From a virus (Duplodnaviria; Caudoviricetes): a DNA stretch of 43,874 nt. Location: the IMG/VR virus record IMGVR_UViG_3300022177_000048, positions 1 through 43,874 of that record, one strand, 5' to 3'. Shown piece by piece: positions 1 through 8,054 of the stretch. The notes beneath the pieces were generated by a model. That model was given only the letters and a program-made list of their open reading frames with translations, was not told the DNA's origin and made no database searches. The translations under genes and the position numbers were made by a program. Position 1 is the stretch's first letter; the number at the start of each line of letters is the position of its first letter.

Positions 1-414
1 TCAGCCTACAAGCGTGCTTCTTAATTTTTCAACTAAAATAGCACGCTTGTTCTTTTTTAACTCGCACTCCCAAATTCGGGCGACAGTCCAGCCTCTGCTC
101 GTAAACATCTCCGTAACAGTTTTGTCGCGTTTCATGTTACGACTTATTTTGCTTGACCAGTATTCCTCGTTTTCCTTGGGGCACCTATTTCGACAATCAT
201 GTCCATGCCAAAAGCAACCGTCCACAAAAACAGCTACCCTTTTGCTCAAGAAAACAAAATCCGGGTGGCCTTTGACTGGGTAGCCACGACGCCAACCAGT
301 TATTCTTTGCTCACGAAAAAACTCGACAAGAGCTAGCTCGGTGGACTTGTTTCCTTTTGACCTAATATTCCGCATTACGGCGGAACGTTTTGCTTTATCG
401 AAAACGTCAGCCAT
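1..414 (-). CDS. vsr: Very short patch repair (G:T mismatch) endonuclease
   Basis: MADVF...RSAVMRNIRSK, PDFVF, FVDGCFWHGH, RN..RD and IWECE motifs; GAGGAGG RBS; near a C5 methyltransferase. Confidence 0.95.
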   Translation of the reverse strand: MADVFDKAKRSAVMRNIRSKGNKSTELALVEFFREQRITGWRRGYPVKGHPDFVFLSKRVAVFVDGCFWHGHDCRNRCPKENEEYWSSKISRNMKRDKTVTEMFTSRGWTVARIWECELKKNKRAILVEKLRSTLVG

Positions 415-451
415 ACGGATACCTCCTCGCCCTAATTCATTTGTTAAATTA

Positions 452-580
452 TCATTCTTCTAGCGCGATGTCATAACTGAAATGCTTGATACGGTTTTTC
501 CTCAATAGGGATATTAATTCCTTAAAAGCATGAAGCATTTCGTCCCTTCTCTTGCTCTTAACATATATTTCATAAATCAT
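452..580 (-). CDS. Possible 42-aa small protein (MIYEIYVKSK...DIALEE)
   Basis: Hand-translated ATG..TGA frame, co-oriented with the cassette; weak RBS, no recognised family. Confidence 0.3.
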   Translation of the reverse strand: MIYEIYVKSKRRDEMLHAFKELISLLRKNRIKHFSYDIALEE

Positions 581-717
581 TTCTGTTGCCCGCTTACTTT
601 ATGGTTTTATTTTAACCTATCATAAAAAACATTCCCGAAAGCTTCCTAAGCCAAAGAGACCGGTTGGAAGGAGTTGTGAATAATAACTCCATACCGGCTA
701 TATAGTCAACGGACTAT

Positions 718-1113
718 CTAATGTATCTCTTGAAACATGGAAATTATTTTATTTGCCGTTTCTGGACTTAGTGCTTTTTTATTTAGTATTCCCCACCCAT
801 ATTTCTTTCCCCATTCAACTTCAAGTAATGGCCTTATTAAGCCAAAATCAATACCTTCGCCATAATTAAAAACCTTTAAAAATTCAATAGGTACTCTATA
901 ATTAAATCCGCTTTTAGACCAGATCTTTTTATTGTCAATAAAAAGTTTACCGCAGATTTTTGCCAAAGCAACGAACTCTTTATTTACCTTAAACGCAAGT
1001 AAGTCACCTTCAACCCATCTACTAATATGATTCTCTATATTTGCTCCCCACAAACCATTCTTAATACAAGCATCCAATTGTTCTTTCGGTACAGATGCAA
1101 TACGAAGATCCAT
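718..1113 (-). CDS. Stand-alone EVE/PUA-like domain protein
   Basis: GLWG...GDLLAFKV...F.D...IW....YRVPI pattern typical of EVE-like domains; G-rich RBS. Confidence 0.6.
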   Translation of the reverse strand: MDLRIASVPKEQLDACIKNGLWGANIENHISRWVEGDLLAFKVNKEFVALAKICGKLFIDNKKIWSKSGFNYRVPIEFLKVFNYGEGIDFGLIRPLLEVEWGKKYGWGILNKKALSPETANKIISMFQEIH

Positions 1114-1256
1114 AGAACCCCCCCTATATTATATAAGATTATTTTATAATTATTATTTTACCATTAATTGAGGTTTTCACGATAAAACAGACACTCCAGA
1201 GTTAGATTATCCCTTGATTCTAAGTTATTAATAATCCGGCTTTTGACCCTAGGTTT

Positions 1257-2666
1257 CTATATATTGTCAAATAGACTTATTTGCGTATCATTGATTTTTT
1301 CTACAAAACCTTCATTTACATCTTCAGAGCCTTTTGGAACATCGCTGAAGCGTCCTCTTTTTTGAACCCTTGAACGCTTGTCAATATCTTCAGCTGACAT
1401 TGTTGCAGCGATAGATAACAGTACTTCTTCTAACCTTGGGTTAATAGCTAGATTTCGTTCTTGTTTTCTACGCACAATTCCATAACAGCCAACAGGTGAA
1501 ATGTAAATATCTTCTGGAGCATCTATACACACGACATCTCTCATATCAGAGAATTCACATTCCTCTGGAATCGTCGTACAGTTTAAATATAAATCTTCAT
1601 TGACAAATACCAAATCTTTTCCAAGATCTATAAACAGACTTTCCTCGGAAATTTGAAGTAATCTTCCATTTAACACAAATTTATGTTCAGATAGATCCAG
1701 TGTGTCTTTTTCGTATTTCAGCAGGCGTGAGCCAATCCATTTAATTACTGGAACAGCCCAAGAATTACCGATTGCCTGATAACGATTGGTTTTTTTCGCC
1801 CCCGGTAAATTAGTATAATTATCAGGAAAACCCATAAGTCGCTCACATTCGATAGGGGACAATCGGCGAATGCGATTATTTTGAACAATAAATAGTGATC
1901 CATTATATGCTGCCGCATTGCCATTCCACTTAGTGCCATAAGCTGAATAAAGGCAATCTGTATATTCCCTGAACACCTCGAAATGGTGTCCATCTTTTTG
2001 AAATCTCAATGGAGCTTCTGGGAATGACTGAACAGAACCTCCGTGGCTTTCTAACATAATGTTTTCAGGGAAAAATTCTTTGCCTCCAGCCAGCACATAT
2101 AATCTTTTGCGTTGTTGCGGGAGCCCAAAATACTTTGCATCCAAAACTCTCCATGCCACATTTCGCTTAGGCCCTCTTACAATACCTGCATTTGGCCATT
2201 TTTTGATATTGATAACATCGTCTAAACCTGCCAATGAAGAGATAAGACATCCAAATGCATTTGTTTTATCACTTAAGACTCCCTCAACATTTTCCCACAA
2301 TACTATACTCGGTTTAAGACCTTTGTTTGCTCTCACAGTGTCATTAGCATCAACTATATCAACATAATTAAGTGTAAGATTACCACGATTGTCATGAAGA
2401 CCGTTTTTCCAACCAGCAAACGAAAAAGCCTGGCATGGGGTTCCGCCACAAATTAAATCTGGAGCAGATATTTTTCCTTCATACAGTTTTGTTGGAATAT
2501 CATTCATATCACCCAAATTTTCAATATTTCCGTACTTTTTTTTCAGTACTTTAGATGGAAAGTCAGCAATTTCGGAAAACCACTCAAATTTTAAACCTAA
2601 AGGCTCCCATGCCACGGAAGCTGCTTCTATTCCCGAGCAAACGCTTCCCACTGTTTTTAAAATCAT
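1257..2666 (-). CDS. DNA (cytosine-5)-methyltransferase with C-terminal extension
   Basis: Motif I SVCSGIEA, IV GGTPCQAFS, VI WENV, VIII PQQRKR, IX RRLSPIECERLMGFP, X RYQAIGNS. Confidence 0.95.
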   Translation of the reverse strand: MILKTVGSVCSGIEAASVAWEPLGLKFEWFSEIADFPSKVLKKKYGNIENLGDMNDIPTKLYEGKISAPDLICGGTPCQAFSFAGWKNGLHDNRGNLTLNYVDIVDANDTVRANKGLKPSIVLWENVEGVLSDKTNAFGCLISSLAGLDDVINIKKWPNAGIVRGPKRNVAWRVLDAKYFGLPQQRKRLYVLAGGKEFFPENIMLESHGGSVQSFPEAPLRFQKDGHHFEVFREYTDCLYSAYGTKWNGNAAAYNGSLFIVQNNRIRRLSPIECERLMGFPDNYTNLPGAKKTNRYQAIGNSWAVPVIKWIGSRLLKYEKDTLDLSEHKFVLNGRLLQISEESLFIDLGKDLVFVNEDLYLNCTTIPEECEFSDMRDVVCIDAPEDIYISPVGCYGIVRRKQERNLAINPRLEEVLLSIAATMSAEDIDKRSRVQKRGRFSDVPKGSEDVNEGFVEKINDTQISLFDNI

Positions 2667-2808
2667 TTAATTTTCACCCTTTAAATTTTTTTTGTGTTCC
2701 ATATTAACTCCAAGACAAAGTCATAGCAACTTCCATTATCAATATTATAAAGTTAATTCAATTCAAACACGCCCAGCTCAAAGCTATTAAAATGACCAAG
2801 CCTAAATA

Positions 2809-3519
2809 CTACAATTTTTTTATGTTATCGTTTAAAGCCTTTCGCCAAGTATCGAAATCATACCAACCACATCCTATGCATCCACGCTCAGCATTCGGAC
2901 CAGAGGCAGGACATCCTTTAGGCCAATCTTCAGTACCGCTATAGAAAAACTTTATGCCCATTGGATATCCTCTTTTACCAGTTGAGATACATCTTTCACA
3001 GGCTCTTGATTTAAGCAAATTATGATTACCTGAACTATCCTTCTTTAAAATTTGAAACTTCCTTTGTATTTGTTCTTCGTTCATATCATTACTGTTGCTA
3101 TTTTCGGTTCCACCCCAGCGTTCCATTGGAAACCGATGATCAATAATAAGCTCGTGAGAAGCACGTTTTCGTTGCTCAATGGAATCTTCATACCCGAAGT
3201 GTTCATGAATTTTCTTTTGTAAATTTTCTGATACCCCTGATGCCGAATTCGATTTTTTATATTCTCCAGTCCATCGATCCCAATTGGTGATCTTATTACA
3301 TAAATCACAGTGTTGCCTTATTGACTCGATTACGATTCCTGGTCTGCTTTTCGTACCACGTTGTAAACCTTGGACGCCTCCGCCGCCGGCAAGTTGCTCA
3401 GACCCAATTTCCTTTTGTGCGCATTTCCTACAATGCCATCTCTGATCCTGCAACATAGAAAAATATGTACTTTGCAGGGAATCCTTCCCTAATCCTTTTT
3501 TAAATTCATCTATTGTCAT
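2809..3519 (-). CDS. Putative Zn-binding HNH-type restriction endonuclease (paralog B)
   Basis: CxxC pairs (CRKC, CDLC, CERC, CIGC), DHRFP and NHNLLK; directly upstream of the C5 MTase. Confidence 0.65.
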   Translation of the reverse strand: MTIDEFKKGLGKDSLQSTYFSMLQDQRWHCRKCAQKEIGSEQLAGGGGVQGLQRGTKSRPGIVIESIRQHCDLCNKITNWDRWTGEYKKSNSASGVSENLQKKIHEHFGYEDSIEQRKRASHELIIDHRFPMERWGGTENSNSNDMNEEQIQRKFQILKKDSSGNHNLLKSRACERCISTGKRGYPMGIKFFYSGTEDWPKGCPASGPNAERGCIGCGWYDFDTWRKALNDNIKKL

Positions 3520-3529
3520 ATCTATACAC

Positions 3530-4462
3530 TCACTTTTTTAACATTTCAACAACAATCTCTCGCCATTTAGCCATATCGTACCAGCCGCATCCACGGCAAC
3601 CTTGTTCTGCAGATTTACCTTTCTGGGGTATTGACGCATCCCAATTTTCAGTTCCTGCATAGAAATATTTAATGCCAAACGGGTACCCGCGTTTTCCAGT
3701 TTGATAACAAGTTCTGCATACTTCTCGCTTTTGTTGGTTGCGCTGGTTTGTAAGTAATTGGTATTTTTGCCGAATCTCACTGTCGCTCATATTTTCCGGA
3801 TTTTCTTCTTTTGTGTTTTCATCCCATCTAATTTCAGGAAATTTATGGTCGGGTAAACAGTGAGGATTTACTGCTTTTTCGTACACATCAACACTACCAA
3901 GAAGCTTAATAATTCTTTTTCTTAGACTAGGGGACCATGTTTCATATCCATTACCTTCAACGCCACCTCTTTCAATAGGTAATAAGATAAGATGAGTTTT
4001 ATTTGCCGCACAATTTGAACAATAACGATTAGTATCGGTAGCCAGAGTGTACCCAAATTCTTTTAGATCTTGAATCCTTCGTGCCCAATTTGGATTTTTA
4101 GGCAGCGTGCACTCAACGCATTGCCAACCACCCTTGATTAAACTATCAAAAAAAGATTTTGTTGTTTGAGCACGTTGTTTTTCAGCCCAGAAGGCGACCT
4201 GCTTTTTTTTCCAAGCCTCAAAATTCTCTGGTTTCATTTGATCATATACAGTATTTAGGTGAACATTAACTTCATCTTCATTTTTAAGTGAAATACCAGT
4301 TCGCCGGTACTCCACTGGAACCCAACCATCCCATATAAAATTTGGATATGTAAAGCGAACATGAATATATTCTTCAGACGCCTTCGAATGCTTCTTTCGA
4401 GTTCTTTCTACAATGCTAATATTTTTATCCAAAACTGTACTTGAAGTAGCTCTATCTTTCAT
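3530..4462 (-). CDS. Putative Zn-binding HNH-type restriction endonuclease (paralog A)
   Basis: CxxC pairs (CVEC, CSNC, CRTC, CRGC), DHKFP and NQRNQQK; C-terminal part clearly homologous to 2809-3519. Confidence 0.65.
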   Translation of the reverse strand: MKDRATSSTVLDKNISIVERTRKKHSKASEEYIHVRFTYPNFIWDGWVPVEYRRTGISLKNEDEVNVHLNTVYDQMKPENFEAWKKKQVAFWAEKQRAQTTKSFFDSLIKGGWQCVECTLPKNPNWARRIQDLKEFGYTLATDTNRYCSNCAANKTHLILLPIERGGVEGNGYETWSPSLRKRIIKLLGSVDVYEKAVNPHCLPDHKFPEIRWDENTKEENPENMSDSEIRQKYQLLTNQRNQQKREVCRTCYQTGKRGYPFGIKYFYAGTENWDASIPQKGKSAEQGCRGCGWYDMAKWREIVVEMLKK

Positions 4463-4670
4463 GACGATCCTCCAAAACCTTATTTTGATTTATTACACAA
4501 CCATTTTGAATCCACTCATCAATTTCACTTATTCTGAATTTCCACAAACGCCCAACGCGATGGCAAGGAATGGTTTGATTTTTTATCCAGCGATGTAATG
4601 TATCTTTGTTTACACCTAGGTGCTCAGCAATATCTTTGCTTGAAACCCAACGTTCAACGCTGTTGCTCAT
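4452..4670 (-). CDS. Excisionase-family (HTH_17-like) DNA-binding protein
   Basis: IAEHLGVNKDTLHRWIK...IPCHRVGRLWKFRISEIDEW; start moved to ATG 4670, which has a GGAAGGAG RBS; overlaps the nuclease A start. Confidence 0.85.
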   Translation of the reverse strand: MSNSVERWVSSKDIAEHLGVNKDTLHRWIKNQTIPCHRVGRLWKFRISEIDEWIQNGCVINQNKVLEDRHER

Positions 4671-4775
4671 AGATTCACTCCTTCCAATTTGTAGATTTAT
4701 ACCCATAATATTATTACACTTTCATCTGTTTGTATATAATTAAGTATGCTTTCTTATGTTTTAGTAAAATAGAGG

Positions 4776-4784
4776 TGTTATAAT
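4776..4784 (+). promoter_or_regulatory. Extended -10 sigma-A promoter element (TGtTATAAT) for the metallopeptidase gene
   Basis: Exact TGNTATAAT in the AT-rich divergent intergenic region upstream of the GGAGGAG RBS. Confidence 0.55.
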
Positions 4785-4810
4785 AGAAGAAAATTTTCGG
4801 AGGAGTAGCT

Positions 4811-6703
4811 TTGGCACCTAATCGTTCATTCAAGGATTATATTGCAAACCGTTTTTATAACGAGTTGTATGCTGCTGTGTCCGGCTATTTGGAACAGAAT
4901 CATAGCGATCTGGACGTTTCCTCACGACTGGTACGGACTATTGATAGGGCAGAACTCTCCGATATAGACGTCAAGAGCGTATTTGTAGATAATTTGCCCG
5001 GTATGAAAATAGCTTTTGATGTTCTGCTGGAAGCTGAGTTTGAAATATCGGAAAATGACAGGCACACTGACAGATATGACCAGAAGAGACGCTGGTTTAA
5101 GATTTCTTGCACAGGAGACCTTTCAACTAATCTTGATGATTTCGATATCTCAGGCACAGAAGAATATAACTATCGCAGTAAACAAGATAACCCAATGTCG
5201 GATTCACTTGTCCCTATAATACATAAAGATCATCTGGAATCAGTGGCAAGAGCATTCTTGGAAAAGTATTATCAAGAAGCCTTATATCAACCAATGGCTA
5301 TCGATCCTACTGTTCTTGCAGAACGGATGGGGCTTTCGATCCAGCTAAAGCACATCACGTCCGATTTTTCAACGTTCGGGCAAGTATTCTTCGCGGATTG
5401 TGAAACAGACTACTACGATAAAGACACCGCTTCCTTCAAAAAGATACAAGTCAAAAGCGGCACAATCTTCGTAGACCCTGATGCATATTTTTTTCGGAAT
5501 TTGGGCTCTGTCAACAATACCATTATTCACGAGTGCGTTCATTGGGATAAACACAGGAAAGCCTTTGAACTGGAACGGCTGTACAACGAAAATGCGACTC
5601 AGATCAAATGCCAGGTCACCGGGGGTATAAAGGATAACAAAGTCAAGTCGGCAACTGACTGGATGGAGTGGCAGGCAAACTCCCTGGCTCCGCGAATCCA
5701 GATGCCATATACTCAGGCAAAGATAAAAGCGGCGGAGTTTATAAGGCACTACTTACGAGAGTTTCCCGACTCTAAGCTCACCGACATCATGGAGCCCGTC
5801 ATTGATGAGATGGCTTCGTTTTTTTGCGTTTCACGTTTTGCCGCGAAAATCCGCATGATTGACCTAGGCTTTGAGGAGGCAATTGGGACCTTTACATATA
5901 TTGATGGTCGGTATGTGAAGCCTTATTCTTTTAAGAAGGGCACTCTATTACGGAGCCAGACGTTTTCAATAAGTGAGCGCGACGCCATTGTGGAAAGTAC
6001 AATGGTACCTGCGCTTCATGAAAAAATACAGAGCGGTAAATACCTGTTTGTTGATTCCCACTTCTGCATTAATGATGCAAAGTATATAGAATACGATATC
6101 GATGGACAGGCTTTTCTGACTGATTATGCGAGACACCATATGGACGAATGCTGTCTCGTATTTGATTTATCTATAAATAGATCAGCGAATAGTTACTGTA
6201 GGCAGTTTTATACAGAATGTGTTCTGTATAGGGATGCCACGTCTGACATAATATTTGAAGCACACTACTCTGACTCAAAATTGAATAATGACGTCGATGC
6301 CCAGGCAAAGGCCATTATAGCTTATAACAAGGAGTTGGCTGAAGTCTTGCAGAATCTGCCTGGCAGTTTTTCTGGAGCGTTAAAGTCTCTCATGACTTGG
6401 AAAGGCAAAACCGTCGAAGCGCTTGCAGGAGACTGCTGTCTTGACCCAAAAACTATTCAAAGAATGCGAAACAACGAGGCCTATGAAACCACAATTGAAA
6501 CAATCGTCGCCACTTGCATCGCATTGCAATTACCCCCGGCGGCAAGCGAGGCATTAATCAACCGCTCGGCATGCTCACTCGGTGTTAGTGAAAAGCACCT
6601 GACCTATCGCTTCCTACTAAACTCCTGCTATACAAAGACCATTTATGAATGCAACGAAATGCTTCAAAGATTAGGGCTTGAACCGCTGGCAAAAGAAAAA
6701 TAA
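4811..6703 (+). CDS. ImmA/IrrE-family metallopeptidase with C-terminal XRE-like HTH
   Basis: HECVH (HExxH) and EWQAN motifs; C-terminal KTVEALAGDCCLDPKTIQRMRN HTH-like segment; TTG start with GGAGGAG RBS. Confidence 0.85.
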   Translation: MAPNRSFKDYIANRFYNELYAAVSGYLEQNHSDLDVSSRLVRTIDRAELSDIDVKSVFVDNLPGMKIAFDVLLEAEFEISENDRHTDRYDQKRRWFKISCTGDLSTNLDDFDISGTEEYNYRSKQDNPMSDSLVPIIHKDHLESVARAFLEKYYQEALYQPMAIDPTVLAERMGLSIQLKHITSDFSTFGQVFFADCETDYYDKDTASFKKIQVKSGTIFVDPDAYFFRNLGSVNNTIIHECVHWDKHRKAFELERLYNENATQIKCQVTGGIKDNKVKSATDWMEWQANSLAPRIQMPYTQAKIKAAEFIRHYLREFPDSKLTDIMEPVIDEMASFFCVSRFAAKIRMIDLGFEEAIGTFTYIDGRYVKPYSFKKGTLLRSQTFSISERDAIVESTMVPALHEKIQSGKYLFVDSHFCINDAKYIEYDIDGQAFLTDYARHHMDECCLVFDLSINRSANSYCRQFYTECVLYRDATSDIIFEAHYSDSKLNNDVDAQAKAIIAYNKELAEVLQNLPGSFSGALKSLMTWKGKTVEALAGDCCLDPKTIQRMRNNEAYETTIETIVATCIALQLPPAASEALINRSACSLGVSEKHLTYRFLLNSCYTKTIYECNEMLQRLGLEPLAKEK

Positions 6704-6718
6704 AAGAATTTTAAAGCT

Positions 6719-6750
6719 GCCCGGACATTCTGTGTCCGGGTATTTTTTTA
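6719..6750 (+). terminator. Intrinsic terminator
   Basis: GCCCGGACA-TTCTG-TGTCCGGGT hairpin followed by a T tract just after the stop codon. Confidence 0.75.
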
Positions 6751-7035
6751 TGCCCTTACGTGATAATTGATACTATTTGCCGCTGGAAATGGGTTTAGCA
6801 ATCCGTTTCCAGGGGCTTTTTCTTGTCTGCGAATTATTCAACCAGACATTCCTTGCCCGTGTGGAGAAGGCCTTCTACTTCTAGAATTAAATTGACGGTT
6901 GTACAAGCAATCAGGCTCCCAGAATCCAGTTGTAACAGCAAATACGAATAGCCGAAAGGCTCCCGTTTAAAAAAAACGGCGAGTTTTTTGGCTGATAATT
7001 ATGCCCTTTTCTCGCTGGAGAAAGGGGCTTTTTTT

Positions 7036-7464
7036 ATGCCAATCAATGACAATCAGCAGACAAACAATCCAATAAAGATTAGTTACAAAGATGCGGATAG
7101 CAAAATCATTGAACTAGAGGTTTCCTATGAGGTTGGAACCTTTTATCTGGAAGCCGTGGAAGCTGAAAAGAAGAACGACCGTAAGAACTCTCGCCCAGAC
7201 CGCCACACTCCACTTTCCACATTTACCTACGAGGATGTTCGCTATTTCAGTGATAGTACCGACTTGCTTGCTGACTTAATTGAATCTGAAGTCATCAACC
7301 ATGCTATGTCCTACCTAACCGAACGGCAGCAGTACCTTGTCCGAAAGTGCTTTTTGGAAGGCTGGTCATATACCGACCTTGCCGCCATTGAAGGCGTGGA
7401 CGAGTCGGCTATACGCCATGCTGTAAACCGAGCCAAAAACAAACTTAAAAAATATCTGTCATAG
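7036..7464 (+). CDS. Sigma-70 region-4 (HTH) family regulator
   Basis: LTERQQYLV...EGWSYTDLAAIEGVDESAIRHAVNRAKNKLKK; start uncertain (ATG 7036 after AAAGGGG versus TTG 6988). Confidence 0.85.
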   Translation: MPINDNQQTNNPIKISYKDADSKIIELEVSYEVGTFYLEAVEAEKKNDRKNSRPDRHTPLSTFTYEDVRYFSDSTDLLADLIESEVINHAMSYLTERQQYLVRKCFLEGWSYTDLAAIEGVDESAIRHAVNRAKNKLKKYLS

Positions 7465-7465
7465 A

Positions 7466-7525
7466 CCGTCCGATTTACTCTCCGCAGGTGGCATAAGGCA
7501 GAAGGCACATGAAATCAGCCTTCGG
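7466..7525 (+). promoter_or_regulatory. Motif A copy 1: CCGTCCGATT-N11-GGTGGC plus GAAGGC/GCCTTC hairpin
   Basis: Same motif and spacing at 11717 and 40300; intergenic, directly upstream of an RBS. Confidence 0.75.
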
Positions 7526-7543
7526 AAAGGCAAGGTGATCCGA

Positions 7544-7738
7544 ATGAAGCATATGCTTAAGATTAGTGTTTCAAAGGAACCGCAGGGTGGCTGGATTGTT
7601 AGCCGCCGCCATGTCACCGTACGGGAGCGTTTGGTTCGCTTCCTTCTGGGAGATAAGCAAAGGCTGACGGTCATCGTCCCCGGTGACAGCGTAAAGTCGC
7701 TATCCATCGTTGAGGAGGGGGATGAAAACCGTGGGTAA
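7544..7738 (+). CDS. Small phage hypothetical protein
   Basis: MKHMLKISVSKEP...LTVIVPGDSV; first gene after motif A; AAGGTGA RBS. Confidence 0.75.
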   Translation: MKHMLKISVSKEPQGGWIVSRRHVTVRERLVRFLLGDKQRLTVIVPGDSVKSLSIVEEGDENRG

Positions 7739-8054
7739 AACCAAGCTGCTGCTGGATGTTGCAGCTAATCTAAGTAACCTGGCAGACAGCATTTGGGCTG
7801 TGGCCGAAGCGATGGCGGGCAACGAACCTGTCCAAGAGGTCCAACCTGAAAGGCCGGCACCAGTTAAGGAAGAGAGGCCTGCGGCCAAGGCAGTTGCTCT
7901 GGAGCAAGTAAGAGCAGCACTGGCTGACAAAAGCCAGCAAGGGTTTACGGCTGATGTTAGGGCTCTGCTTGAAAAGTACGGCGCACCAAAACTCAGCCAG
8001 ATAGACCCGGCGAACTATGCGGCGCTGTTGGCGGACGCGGAGGGGTTGAAATGA
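7731..8054 (+). CDS. Phage hypothetical protein of the PolA-type replication module
   Basis: GAGGAGG RBS; C-terminal VRALLEKYGAPKLSQIDP.Y..LL; overlaps both neighbours. Confidence 0.75.
   Translation: MGKTKLLLDVAANLSNLADSIWAVAEAMAGNEPVQEVQPERPAPVKEERPAAKAVALEQVRAALADKSQQGFTADVRALLEKYGAPKLSQIDPANYAALLADAEGLK

Noticed and set aside
1745-1993. Alternative-frame ORF inside the MTase as a separate beta subunit
   Set aside because: No motif IX or beta-like sequence; the beta-like segment is in the main frame at the C-terminus.
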